Positions 25,519-38,628 are shown, counted from the first letter of the stretch. The stretch: DNA of 64,000 bases from Octopus vulgaris (GCA_951406725.2 OX597827.1:16864001-16928000), one strand, 5' to 3'. Notes: generated by a model not told the origin, from the sequence alone. Made by a program: numbers and translations.

Positions 25519-26426
25519 ATTGGTTGGCATCCTTTTCGTCTCGGGAGACAATGGAGTTGCGCATAAAATAGTCCAGTCCGGCTTTTACATTTCATGTCCT
25601 GATACATTTCCTGCTGTGGCTGTGTAGATCCTATCCTGGACAAACACTCCCTCTGGCAGGTACCGCAAATGTAGCGAAGACTATTCCTGGCTGGTTGTAG
25701 TGTCATAGTTTCTTGTTGACGTCTTTTCTTGTCTTTCCATTTCTCCTCTCTCTCTGTCACTCCTTTGTATTCCCTCTTTTACGGTACGTCGCCAGTCTCC
25801 ACGGTTGCCGGCAACTTCCTCCCAACCGCTAATATTGATGTTGCAGGCCTTCATGTCCCTTTTGCAAACATCCTTGTATCGTAAGAATGGTCTACCCACA
25901 GACCTAGTACCCCTAGCAAGCTCTCCGTAGAGTACGTCCTTGGGGATTCTGCCATCTTTCATACGGCTAACATGCCCAAGCCATCTCATACGTCTTTGTG
26001 TGAGGAGTGCAAACATGCTTGGTATTCCTGCTTGCTTGAGGACATCTTTGTTGAGGATATGATTCTGCCATTTGATGTGGAGGATTTTCCCGAGGCAGCG
26101 CAGGTGAAAGATGTTTAGGCGACGCTCTTGGCGTGTGTATAGCGTCCAAGTTTCACTTCCATACAGTAGAGTGCTAAGTACACATGCCTGGTAGATCTTC
26201 ATTTTCGTGGTCTTGGTCAGCTTATTGTTGTCCCATGCCCGTTTGGAGAGTTGGGCCATCGCAGCAGCTGCCTTGCCAATGCGTATATTGAGCTCAGCGT
26301 CAAGGGATAAGTTGTAGGTGACGGTAGAGCCAAGATAGGTAAACTTCTCCACCTCCTGTAATCTGTGGTCTCCAATATGTATGTTTGGGATGTCCGATGT
26401 AGCCTGACCCATGATGTTGGTCTTCA
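25519..26426 (-). mobile_element. 5'-truncated RTE-clade (BovB-like) LINE: RT C-terminal/thumb ORF plus 3' end
   Basis: 248-aa ORF 25681-26427 with FTYLGS, RIGKAAAA, LLYGSETW, RMRWLGHV and RIPKDVLYGEL; frameshifted YICGTCQRECLSRIG finger; GATGCCAACCAA end; TSD TGA(C/A)GTGGCTGTAT at 25505-25518 and 26427-26440. Confidence 0.92.
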
Positions 26427-27023
26427 TGAAGTGGCTGTATGGGTAAGGCTATATTTTGATGTGGTAAACCCACGTAACACTACCAGAATTTCTGTCGTAA
26501 TATTGTTCTAAGAACAGATTTTTCCATAAATGGTGTTTAATACCGTCTCGCCATGTTGAAAAAAAAAACAAAAAAAAACAAAAAACACAACAGTCACGAC
26601 TTTTATTTAAAAATAGTTATAGAAATTAATGAATAGACTGGAATTAAAACCAGTAATTATTGTAATACAATGAAAAAAATAGCAAATATTATAAAAGATT
26701 GTTGTTTAATAACCATAGAGAAAATTAACGGTGGATAATTTTATAATAATCATAGGACTAAAAGCTTTCACACACACACACACACACATAGATATATAGC
26801 TACAAAGAAATATACACAGACAGATACATTCACTTCTATGCTCATACACATACACACATATATATATATTTTAGTTATATTCTCTTTATATTCATTCATC
26901 CGTGTATATACATGTGGAATACGAGAGAGTGTATAAGTGTGCTTATGGGGCTGTGTGTTTGTTTTACACATACACACATATAAATGCATTGCAATTAATC
27001 AATTTATGTTGCATAAATATTTC

Positions 27024-27056
<33 letters not shown>

Positions 27057-27447
27057 TTATTTATTCATTTATTTATGTGATATGTGTGTGTGTGTGTGTG
27101 TGTGTGTGTACGTGTGTCTGTACTTTGTTTATCACTTGCCGTAATAAAGCGTAAATTCATTTAATCCATTTTAATTTTATGCGTAAATTATAAATATATA
27201 ATGAAATTCTTCATAGACCTAATCTAATGGGGCCGGATTATTTATAAAAGTTTTGTAAATTCACTTAAAATATATTCCCCAGATACACGCAACACACTTC
27301 TCCTTATACTCAATGTTCAACTTTACGCTAGTTCAATACTAACAGCAATATCAAGGTTGTGACAGGTTGACGGAAGAGTGTCCGAAAGGCATCGTGTAAG
27401 ATGCTCTTATTTTCCTATGTACTGTGAAACTTTGTATGGATAAGTTA

Positions 27448-27769
27448 CAAAAAACGATAAACGTCGCCCTTTTCAAGCCTAGCTAGGCTCATGGGCTCGG
27501 TTTCCCGGTTTCTGTGGCGTATGTGTTCCCCGAAGCTGGAGGGGGCGCCAGTCCATCGCAGCGTTACTCAGGAAACAGAAAGAGAGAGGGTGAGAGAAAG
27601 TTGTGGCGAGAGAGTACAACAGAGGTCACCACCACCCCCTGCCGGAGCCACGTGGAGCTTTTAGGTGTTTTCGCTAAATAGACCCACACAACGGCCGGTC
27701 TGGGAATCGAAACCGCGACCCTCCGACCGCGAGTCCGCTGCCCTAACCACTGAGCCACTGCGCCTCCAC
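27448..27769 (-). mobile_element. SINE family A (tail type 1 variant)
   Basis: 12-bp TSD ATGGATAAGTTA at 27436-27447 and 27770-27781; tRNA-like head. Confidence 0.9.
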
Positions 27770-27779
27770 ATGGATAAGT

Positions 27780-27791
27780 TATATATATCTA

Positions 27792-27889
<98 letters not shown>

Positions 27890-28038
27890 TCTCCCAACTC
27901 TGCTCTCTCTCTCTCTCTATATATATATATATCTCGGTCTCCCAACTCTGCTCTCTCTCTCTATATATATATATATATCTCGGTCTCTCAACTCTGCTCT
28001 CCACACACACACACACACCCTCCTATTCACCCTGACAA

Positions 28039-28083
<45 letters not shown>

Positions 28084-28106
28084 GCTGTCTATCTATCAAT
28101 CTATCA

Positions 28107-28137
<31 letters not shown>

Positions 28138-28160
28138 CATACATACACACACGCACAAAC
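27780..28160. repeat. compound microsatellite with three GGTCTC(C/T)CAACTCTGCTCT units
   Basis: visible at about 27888, 27936 and 27982. Confidence 0.85.
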
Positions 28161-28470
28161 ATATACGTATAAATGTATATCTATCCACTCATGCACATAT
28201 ATATATATATATATATTGGTTTCAAATTTTGGCACAATGCCAGCAATTTCGCGGACTGGGGTGAAGTCAAATTATATCGATCCCAGTGTTCAACTGCTAC
28301 TTATTTGATCGACACCGAAAAGATAAATGGCAACGTCTACCTCGGCGGGTATTTGAACTCAGAACATATAGACTGATGAAATTCACGACCTTGCAATTAC
28401 GAGCCGAATACCCTCACCACTGAGTCACGTACATTCACTCTCTCTCTCTCTCTCTATCTCTGTCTCTCAC

Positions 28471-28502
<32 letters not shown>

Positions 28503-28505
<3 letters not shown>

Positions 28506-28790
28506 AAGTCGTAAGACGCCCCTTGTCATTCTTGTTACTGTTTCCAATTTTGTCTTCGTTTCTTGTATTCATATTCGTCTCTGTTGCGTTCACATTATTT
28601 CCTTCTACCAAAGAAATCTAATGCCCACAGCTTAGTTTTTCCTTGGGGCTGGCCGATTTGGAGCAAATCTCAGAATTAAACAGCCGAAATTTGCCATGAT
28701 GATTCGGTTTCTGACTGAAGAATGAAGGCTTCGAATGACTTGTCTGTTTTCCGTGTTCGTCACTTCGTGTATTTCACTTTCTTTATATAT
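28503..28790. repeat. microsatellite-associated dispersed repeat (family E); related pieces at 31470-31583(-) and 33570-33750(-)
   Basis: shared GATGAT.CGGTT.TGACTGAAGA.TGAAGGCTTCGAATG and AGTCG.AAGAC.CC..TTGTCATT motifs. Confidence 0.6.
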
Positions 28791-28797
28791 AAAGTTT

Positions 28798-28835
<38 letters not shown>

Positions 28836-29626
28836 TTGAAAAATGAATAGAGATGGCTTTTGGGGGAGTAATTTTTATGATAATATTTCCAGTACACTAC
28901 TGGAAACATGATCATTAAAATAAAAATTATCACTCTCCAAAAGACATCTCATTTTTCATTTTTACTCATTTTTCAAATATATTATATTGTGCCAAGAACC
29001 GTTTTATTTTTATTATTCTACTATATATATATATATATAAATTGAAAAGAAATGAAAAGACATCATTTGGCGAGACATTTAATTTCGATATGTCATAAAA
29101 AAAGAAAGTACACATAGTCTCTAACAGCTGTTTCTAGAATATCTAAGCGATCGGAATATCGTGCCGAACGAGGATTTCATAGGCCGAGTATACCGTCATC
29201 AAATGTAACAGTGAAGGAATATTATTCATTAATGATCATATTGTAGTTTATTTTGTCGGGAAAAGAAGGAGAAATTCAATTAAAAATCCAATTAGAATAG
29301 GTTTTCGTTAGGTAGGTCCGTAAACAAATGAAGAAACCCGGAAATGTCCATTAGTGGAATCAAAATAGAAAGAATGGTTTGATTTGGCGAGGGGAAATAA
29401 GATATTACCAGTTCCAATGTATATAGTTGTTGTTCATTTAAATCCAATGATTTGTCTGTTTATTTGAATCATTGCCTCCATATCTGCTCACTTGGATTCC
29501 CTTATGGATACACTTTACCCTCACGACTTGGTCCTCTGTAAACATATCAGAGTGTAAGTTGCAATCGTTTGAGCGCTACAAGATGTTTTCTGTATTGAGA
29601 TTCTCTCCATCTCGTCTGTTGACTGT

Positions 29627-29684
<58 letters not shown>

Positions 29685-29688
29685 ATCC

Positions 29689-29754
<66 letters not shown>

Positions 29755-29758
29755 GCAA

Positions 29759-29808
<50 letters not shown>

Positions 29809-30434
29809 ATATATATATACATATATATATACATATATACATACATATATATATTATATATATATATCATATATATATATATACATATGATTATAATAAT
29901 AATATTACCGGAGTAAATCCAAACTTACAGGCCTAAAAATTAGATTTTTTGGATTAAATCTAATTTTACAGTATAAATATATATTTATATATTAAATTAG
30001 AGATAAAACCACTATTAGGCAAATCAAACAGTTGAAAAACATGATAACATTCAAAACATAGAAATAAAATTAATATGATATACAAAATATATAAAATATA
30101 AAATTCAAAATTTAAATTATTTAAATTTAAAGTTAAAATTTGAAATTAAAAAAAAAATTTTTTAATTATTTAAATTATATGTATATGTATGTGTATTATA
30201 TATATATATGTATGTAAACGCACACACACATACATATGAGTGTGTATATGTATGTGTGGGTACGTGTGTGGATACACACACACAGGAGCTTTCTACTAAC
30301 ATATCCATGGATAGTGTTCTACTCATATAGGCTCATCCTTTCATCTGAAGATACGTTGCGGTAGAGTCTTGCGACTTCTTTGAGCATGCATTCTAGGTTA
30401 TGAGACAAAGAATGTTGGTCAAGGGATGCACCTC

Positions 30435-30701
30435 GACACTTAGTGGTTAAAAGATGTTGCCGAAGGGATATGATACGACATTCGAAGGCATTTTGGATCG
30501 ATATTAAGCCTCTGCTGCCTTGTTTTCTTTCAAGGTATGGGCGTTCTACGTCACTGTTTATGTGAAAATTATGTGTGCTTGTTAGTATTTTTCGGGTTTT
30601 CATATCAATCGTTCGGATCTTGTCAAGCGTCCAATCAAGCATCGCAAATGTTGGTATGTGTAATGGCACTGCAAACACATAGTAGGCCACTGTTTTATAG
30701 G

Positions 30702-30705
<4 letters not shown>
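30435..30705 (-). pseudogene. R4/Dong-clade non-LTR retrotransposon internal fragment (RT thumb)
   Basis: FAVP..PTFAMLDWT...IDMKTRKILT...FHINSDVERPYLERKQGSRGLISI fits the R4/Dong-type DRKTRK...H..SD..RLY..R..GGRGL motif. Confidence 0.75.
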
Positions 30706-30737
<32 letters not shown>

Positions 30738-30740
<3 letters not shown>

Positions 30741-31402
30741 CTTGTTTCAGTGATTTGACTGCGGCCATGCTAGAGCACCGCCTTTAGTCGAGCAAATCGA
30801 CCCCATGACTTATTCTTTGTAAGCCCAGTAATTATTCTATCGGTCTCTTTTCCCAAATCGCTAAGTGACGGGGACGTAAACACACCAGCATCGGTTGTCA
30901 AGCGATGTTGGGGAGACAAACACAGACACACAAACGTATACACACACACACACACACACACACATACACATGCATATATATATATTGGCGGCGAGCTGGT
31001 AGAAACGTTAGCACGCCGGGCGAAATTCGTAGTCGTATTTCGTCTGTCGTTACGTTCCGAGTTCAAATTCCGCCGAGGTCGACTTTGCCTTTCATCCTTT
31101 CGGGGTCGATAAATTAAGTACCAGTTACGCACTGGGGTCGATGTAGTCGACTTAATCCCTTTGTCTGTCCTTGTTTGTCCCCTCTGTGTTTAGCCCCTTG
31201 TGGGTAGTAAAGAAATATATATATATATATATACATATATACGACGGGCTTCTTTCTGTTTCCGTCTACCAAATCCACTCACAAGGCTTTGGTCGGCTCG
31301 AGGCTGTAGTAGAAGACACTTGACCAAGGTGCCACGCAGTGGGACTGAACCCGGAACCATGTGGTTGATAAGCAAGCTACTTACCACACAGCCACTCCTA
31401 CG

Positions 31403-31405
<3 letters not shown>
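30738..31405 (-). mobile_element. SINE family B interrupted by a C copy in its internal microsatellite
   Basis: B halves at 30738-30985 and 31218-31405. Confidence 0.9.
30987..31217 (+). mobile_element. SINE family C monomer nested in B
   Basis: complete head and body flanked by (TA)n. Confidence 0.92.
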
Positions 31406-31472
<67 letters not shown>

Positions 31473-31582
31473 GAAAAATACAAACTGGGACAAGAACGTA
31501 AAACATTTAGATCACGATACAAAAAACACGGACGGGACATTCGAAGCCTTCAATCTTCAGTCAAGAACCGGATCATCCTAGC

Positions 31583-31647
<65 letters not shown>

Positions 31648-32213
31648 TATAAAGACAGACAGACGGACGAATGAACGCGATATGAACGCCCGTTTTTGCA
31701 GACATTCTCTGCACCGCACACCTCCACACGGTCATTTATATACAACACAAAAGATCACCTTGTCTACTACACGCACGAAAACAATCGTAATAACACATCT
31801 TTTGACGGCGGATCTCATGTGCATAATTTTAAAAGTAGGCAACGATGTGGCCATCTTTAGTTCACGTAACACATCTAACGATTTTCCGGTTTCAAGAGTA
31901 CAACCATTATCGACAAAGCAGCCAAGTTGACAATCGAATAAACGAAAGCAAAACGTCGGCAGCTGCTTATTGAGAGGCTGTTATTAACAAGAATGCGCAA
32001 ACACAAATACCTACATACATACACGCGGCTAGATACACTCACATACACACAGACACACGCATACAGGCAGGCAGAAAGATAGACTGACACTAACTCCCTA
32101 TATCATTCTCGCACATATATATCCTACACAGATTTAGAAAGGACGAAAATACGCTCATGCCCATATTCCTGGATGCACATATATTTATATTCAACCGATA
32201 TAAACATTCGCTT

Positions 32214-32272
<59 letters not shown>

Positions 32273-32299
32273 CGCACACACACACACACAGACACACAT

Positions 32300-32707
32300 C
32301 TCTTTTACTCTTTTACTTATTTCAGTCATTTGACTGCGGCCATGCTGGAGCACCGCCTTTAGTCGAGCAAATCGACCCCGGGACTTATTCTTTTGTAAGC
32401 CTAGTACTTATTCTATCGGTCTGTTTTGCCGAACCGCTAAGTGACGGGGACGTAAACATACCAGCATCGGTTGTCAAGCAATGCTAGAGGGACAAACACA
32501 GACACACAAACATATACATACACATACATACACATACATACACATACATATATACGACAGGCTTCTTTCAGTTTCCGTCTACCAAATCCACTCACAAGGC
32601 TTTGGTCGGCCCGAGGCTATAGTAGAAGACACTTGCCCAAGATGCCACGCAGTGGGACTGAACCCGGAACCATGTGGTCGGTAAACAAGCTACTTACCAC
32701 ACAGCCA
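32300..32707 (-). mobile_element. SINE family B
   Basis: colinear with the other B copies. Confidence 0.9.
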
Positions 32708-32879
32708 TAAAATTTTAAATATATGTATACACTTGCTGGTAAGCCGTTTAAATTAAGCTCACTCTCTTCAGCGATCGGATGTCATAAAAAATATGAATAT
32801 AAGTACCACTGGATTTACTTCAGGAATTCTTTCGTATTCGTAGAGGGTATAATATGAGAGAAAGATATAAATTCATTAG

Positions 32880-32926
32880 TCACTACGATCGTTTCGACCA
32901 ATCGTTCATCGGTCCCTCGTCGGTGA
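32880..32926 (-). ncRNA. hammerhead-ribozyme-like motif, core defective
   Basis: minus strand: TCAC CGACGA GG GACCGAT gaacg ATTGGTC GAAAC GATC GTA GTGA; stems I and II and palindromic stem III are present, but the CUGANGA box lacks one nucleotide. Confidence 0.5.
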
Positions 32927-33307
32927 GAATCTATACAACTGATTGTAGTGCATCATTCGGTGCAGCGTACCTCGACAGGTGACTTTTGAGAAGGTCCTTC
33001 GCTCTTTCATCTTCGCTTCGTTAATTGGAATGATTTAGAATGTAAAGCCGTTCATTTATAAGGTAATGAGCTTACTTACAATTAATCATAAATAAAATAC
33101 GTATACAAAAATTAAAATATAAAAGTATGTAATGAGTAGGTTAATCAAGTACTATGCTTACGCTTATGAATCGATACCTTAAATAAATGATGAGACGACC
33201 ACGTATGAGACGAAGTGACAAAACGCAAAAACAATATTTAAGGTGCCATTCGGTGACTGCAATATTTTATGGGGTAAAGGTATATGTATATATATATATA
33301 TATATAT

Positions 33308-33500
33308 AACGGGAAGGTTTACGAAAATAAACAAAAGACGAAGGCAGGTGGAGTACAAACAAACAAATGTATTAGTATGCCGCTCAGGAATAGAAAGAGA
33401 ACAAGTCTTTTACGTTTCGAGCCTACGCTCTTCGACAGAAAGATACACAGAAAAAATAAAAAAAGGAGAGAAAAAAATGCGTGTGGGAGCTAACGATCTA
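33308..33500 (-). mobile_element. ~190-bp (TA)n-anchored element with a minimal hammerhead-like motif (33406-33443), Penelope-like/retrozyme-like
   Basis: minus strand: TCTTT CTGTCGA A GAG cgtagg CTC GAAAC GTA AAAGA; homologous to 35407-35587; ends in (TA)n. Confidence 0.65.
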
Positions 33501-33802
33501 TCATGGCGTTCTGACATCTTATATGGCGTTCTGACTATCATGGCGTTCTGACTTCTTATGTATATATAAGAGCATTAGACCCCTTTGTAAGATAGCTAGA
33601 GGATGTGTACGGCAACAAGGACAAAAAACGGAGACTATGGTATACAAAAACACAAAAAAACGGAGAATATGTATACAAAAACACAAAAAATGGTACACAA
33701 TTACGAATACAAAAACAAGAAAATGACAACAGGTGTCTTTCGACTGAGAACGAATCCAATTGAGCTGGCGTGTATAAAATGATACATTTATGGGTGTATA
33801 TA

Positions 33803-33837
<35 letters not shown>

Positions 33838-34329
33838 GTATACCTCCGTAGATATAAATGCGTGTTTGTTTGTGTATAAGACCGTGTGTATGTGTGTACA
33901 TGACTGCGTGGATGATGGTATGCGTTCCATGTGTTTGTTCATGGGTACATGCCTATAGACTGAATTTGTGCATATCCATATATATCTGCCGGCAGGGGCG
34001 TGTGTGGCTGTGTGACATGGACATAAGAGGTGTTGGCGATACACATACATATACATACTAAAAGTACGAAATAGGGAGTAGTAAAACAGTCGGCAACAGA
34101 TGAGCAAGTTATCTTCTTTTAGTATTTTGTCCTGTACTTGTCTCTCGTGTGTTTGCTAGTGATGTCCTGTAGTTAATAGGTATTTCATATACATATGCTC
34201 ACAAGGGAGCTAACCGCCCAAAGTACATAGATTTTGCCCTTCTTTGCGGCTAAGACGGTTTTTACCTCTTATTTCTAGTAATGTAGCAGTTTCAGTCATT
34301 AGACTGCAGCCATGCTGGGACACCACCTT

Positions 34330-34380
<51 letters not shown>

Positions 34381-34383
<3 letters not shown>

Positions 34384-34800
34384 CGCAGGAGTGGCTGTGT
34401 GGTGAGTAGCTTGTTTACCAACCACACGGTTCCGGGTTCAGCCCCACTGCGTGGCACCTTGGGCAAGTGTCTTCTACTATAGCCTCGGGCCGACCAAAGC
34501 CTTGTGAGTGGATATGGTAGACAGAAACTGAAAGAAGCTCGTCGTATATATGTATATATGTTGTGTGTGTGTGCGTGTTTGTGTTTCTGTGTTTGTCCCC
34601 GTAGCATTGCTTGACAACCGATGCTGGTGTGTTTATGTCCCCGTTACTTAGCGGTTCGGCAAAAGAGACCGATAGAATAAGTACTGGGCTTACAAAAAAA
34701 AGAATAAGTCCCGGGGTCGAGTTGTTCGATTAAAGGCGGTGCTCCAGCATGGCCGCAGTCAAATGACTGAAACAAGTAAAAGAGTAAAAAGAGTAAAGAG
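34381..34800 (+). mobile_element. SINE family B, full length
   Basis: colinear with the other B copies. Confidence 0.92.
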
Positions 34801-35406
34801 TATATACATATATGTGTGTGCGTGTGTATGTGTGTTTGTGTGCAAAGTGTTTCTGATTTAGCTAACTGCATAATCCTTTTGACAACAGAGTAAACTAAAC
34901 ATCAAAAACGTTATGTCTAACGAATCAATGAAAGAAATTCTCCGGGGTCACTTGATTTGTTTAAAATTTGAGTTAAATATCCTTGAAAGGAAATAAGTTC
35001 TGTAATGCAATCTCATAAACCATACGGTTGTCCACTGTTGAAGTATGCTAAATCGCAGGCTTGCTGAAGAAAGACTGACCTGTGACAGGATAATCAGCGA
35101 AACACGTTAGCAGTGATGTACATCAAAGCTTGTTCCGAATTGGGCTGATCCGTGGCTGGTTAATCAGCGAAACATGTTAGTTTTGACGTACATCAAAGCT
35201 TGTTTTGTCTTCATATACCGCAGTCTGATAAAATAAGAAGTCGTTTACGCGGTTCTTTTATAGAGATTTATCAATGACGAAAGATTCTTCTTTTATTCAT
35301 TTTTGTTGGTAAGCCAGTTAATATACCAGTTTCACCATGTTACATAACTCTGTTTAAATTATCTCTTCCTATATAAAGTATTATTCTCATCAAATTCTGT
35401 TAACGC

Positions 35407-35583
35407 TAGATCGTTAGCCACTACACACGTTTTATTCTCCCTTTATTCTTTCTGTGTCCCTTTCTGTAGAAGAGCGTAGGCTCGAAACGTAAAAGACTTT
35501 TTCTATTCCTTAGAATATACTAACACATCTGTTTGTTCTGTACACCACCTGTCTTCGTCTTTTGTTTTTTTTTCGTAAACTCT

Positions 35584-35587
<4 letters not shown>
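35407..35587 (+). mobile_element. ~180-bp (TA)n-anchored element with a minimal hammerhead-like motif (35460-35495)
   Basis: CTTT CTGTAGA A GAG cgtagg CTC GAAAC GTA AAAG; inverted homolog of 33308-33500. Confidence 0.65.
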
Positions 35588-35679
<92 letters not shown>

Positions 35680-35696
35680 GTGTGTGTGTGTGTGTG

Positions 35697-35772
35697 TATT
35701 TAAAGGGCAAACCACTAGGTGGTCGGCCGTATGCTAGAAGTACAGACCACCTAGTGGTTTGCCCTTTAAATA
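35697..35772. repeat. perfect 28-bp inverted repeat with 20-nt spacer
   Basis: TATTTAAAGGGCAAACCACTAGGTGGTC (35697-35724) and GACCACCTAGTGGTTTGCCCTTTAAATA (35745-35772). Confidence 0.93.
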
Positions 35773-35858
35773 TACACATGTATTAGAATCTTCTGATTTT
35801 TCAGATTTTTGTATGCTAGGTACTGGTTTTAAATTGATATTAATTAAATTAATATTCA

Positions 35859-35931
<73 letters not shown>

Positions 35932-35932
<1 letters not shown>

Positions 35933-36508
35933 TGGGTTGTCCGTAAAGTTCGTGCGGATTTATAGTAGCTTACCTTTCGACTTATTTTAGAACATGGTTG
36001 AGTCCATAAAATAGGATTTTACTACACCTCCATTTAGAGCACAATTTAAGCTATCTTTTCGTGGAAGAAGATTTATGTTCCTATAACCTGTGATAATTCT
36101 GTAACCCTTTAAAATGGAAGATAAGAAAGTTCATTTTCGGCACTTGATGCTTTGGGAACCAGACAAAAATTGCTGCAGCTCGGCTGGGATGTGTTATCCC
36201 ACCCTCCATACTCACCACCCTCCATACTCACCAGATATTGCTCCTTCGGATCTCTACTTATTCAGGTCTCTGCAGAATAGTGTTAATGGTAAAAATTTCA
36301 ATTCCTTGGATGACGTAAAAAAGATACCTTGATGAATTTTTTGCCATGAAACCACCTTAATTCTGGGAAGAGGGTATTTTCAAGTTAAAGGAAAGATGGA
36401 GACACATTGTGCAACAAAATAGTTTATATTTGGTTGATTAAAAGTGTAATGGCAAGTATTTATTGACCTTTTTCTTTCCTTTAAAAGTCGGCACGAACTT
36501 TCCAGACA
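35932..36508 (+). mobile_element. internally deleted mariner element
   Basis: TIRs TGTCCGTAAAGTTCGTGCGGATTT and AAAGTCGGCACGAACTTTCCAGACA; transposase N-terminus MEDKKVHFRHLMLWE joined to C-terminal HPPYSPDIAPSDLYLFRSLQN (mariner YSPDLAPxD motif). Confidence 0.88.
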
Positions 36509-36665
36509 TATATATATATATATATATACATATTTAAAGTTTCAGCTCAGAGCTGCAGCACCGCCGTTAAAAACACTTGCCCAGGGTTCCATGTACTAGG
36601 ATTGAACTTAGAAACATTACAACTGGGAAGCAGTGTTCTTAACCACTTGGCCATACCTTCATACC

Positions 36666-36696
<31 letters not shown>

Positions 36697-36974
36697 CACA
36701 TGCATATATGCATGTACATTTGTATACATATATATATATTGAGATAGATAGATAGATAGATAGATATATCTGTAGGTTTTTCAGATTGGCTTAAATATCA
36801 GTCCACTTCAGAGGAGCCAAAGCAGCAATCTGCCAACCAATTTGTTTTTTCTTCTCATTGGATACATGATTGATCGTTACATACTGAATTGTCTTGTTTA
36901 CTTACAAAATGTCACGTATATGTGAGTGTATGTGTTGTATGTCAGGTCACTTTCGAGTGCTACTGTTAACATGT

Positions 36975-37500
36975 AACCCAGTACAACCTGTTGCATAGTC
37001 GGGTCGTCGGCGACTAAACCGACAACCCCACCAAGCTTGCTTGGTGAGGAGTGTGTTTATTGGACACCCTGCGGGATGAAAAGCAAAACCCGTCAAAGAG
37101 CGGAGGAACTCTTGAGAGTCAACGGCCATCCAATAAATATCTTAAGGCTGTATCATGCGCAGGGACATAGAAATAATCGGACTGAATACCCGATCGCGCG
37201 CTTAAACCATTGGGAGTGAAGGACTCCTAGCCTTTGTTAGGGCATCCTTCTAGGAGAATGTAACTCAGGTAACTGGGATAACTCCGACATAAAAGCTGCG
37301 GCTCAGTGGTTGCCGATGATGTTGACTTGTTCTTCATTTCGGATTATAGCTGCTGTTGCTTAGTGAGTGAGATTGACTCAGTGCACAGCCTTTCCTCACT
37401 TTAAAAAAAGTCTTTTTGCACAGGCATTGCACGATAACAACATTGATTAAGCTTCGTGCAATGGCCATACTCGATAACGAGGTTGGGGGGCAGCCACCAT
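36975..37500 (+). mobile_element. probable LINE (RTE-type) 5'-UTR fragment
   Basis: GC-richer island; AGGGCATCCTTCTAGGAGAA.GTAACTC resembles a motif I recall from RTE 5' UTRs; no ORF. Confidence 0.35.
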
Positions 37501-37610
37501 GTGTTGTACATGTACGAATGTATATATTTATATTGTAATTGCTCCATCTTCCCAGATGACTGCTGTTTCTGCTTCCTCGTTGTCTATGATACTTCTGACT
37601 TTGCATCCAT

Positions 37611-37763
37611 GTGGCTGTGGGGTAAGTAGCTTGCTAACCAACCACATGGTTCCGGGTTCAGTCCCACTGCGTTGTACCTTGGGCAAGTGTCTTCTGCTAT
37701 AGCCCCGGGCCGACCAATGCCTTGTGAGTGGATTTGGTAGATGGAAACTGAAAGAAGCCTGTC

Positions 37764-37827
<64 letters not shown>

Positions 37828-38047
37828 GTGTGTGTGTTTGTGTGTCTGTGTTTGTCCCCCTAGCATTGCTTGACAACCGATGCTGGTGTGTTTACGTCCT
37901 CGTCACTTAGCGGTTCGGCAAAAAAGACCGATAGAATAAGTACTGGGCTTACAAAGAATAAGTCCCGGGGTTGATTTGCCCGACTAAAGGCGGTGCTCCA
38001 GCATGGCCGCAGTCAAACGACTGAAACAAGTAAAAGTGTAAAGAGAG
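37611..38047 (+). mobile_element. SINE family B
   Basis: colinear with the other B copies. Confidence 0.9.
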
Positions 38048-38213
38048 TATGGCTATTCAATCCCTTTGCAGATCTGGATGGTGTGAAACCTAGACGACAG
38101 ACGATAGTTGTAACTTATAGTGCACTTCTTGCTGTTTAGGACTGCACACATCGTCACTCTTATCATCGCCATAGAACTTTTAGTAGATGGAATAATAGAT
38201 GAGGTCACCATAA

Positions 38214-38628
38214 GGCGGCGAGCTGGCAGAAACGTTAGCACGCCGGGCGAAATGCGTAGCGGTATTTCGTCTGTCGTTACGTTGTGAGTTCAAATTCCGC
38301 CGAGGTCGACTTTGCCTTTCATCCTTTCGGGGTCGATAAATTAAGTACCAGTTACTCACTGGGGTCGATGTAATCGACTTAATACCTATATCTGTCCTTG
38401 TTTGTCCCATTTGTGTTTAGCCTCTTGTGGGTAATAAAGAAATAGGTATTTCGTCTGCCGGTACGTTCTGAGTTCAAATTCCGCCGAGGTCGACTTTGCC
38501 TTTCGTCCTTTCGGGGTCGATTAAATAAGTACCAGTTACGCACTGGGGTCGATATAATCGACTTAATCCGTGTGTCTGTCCTTGTTTGTCCTGTCTGTGT
38601 TTAGCCCCTGGTGGGTAGTAAAGAAATA
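38214..38628 (+). mobile_element. SINE family C dimer
   Basis: second body restarts at 38447; one 22-bp TSD GGAATAA(T/C)AGATGAGGTCACCA at 38189-38210 and 38629-38650. Confidence 0.93.

Noticed and set aside
28714-28745. CTGAAGA...TTCGAAT in family E as a hammerhead
   Set aside because: GAAT instead of GAAA in both copies, and stem II geometry is implausible
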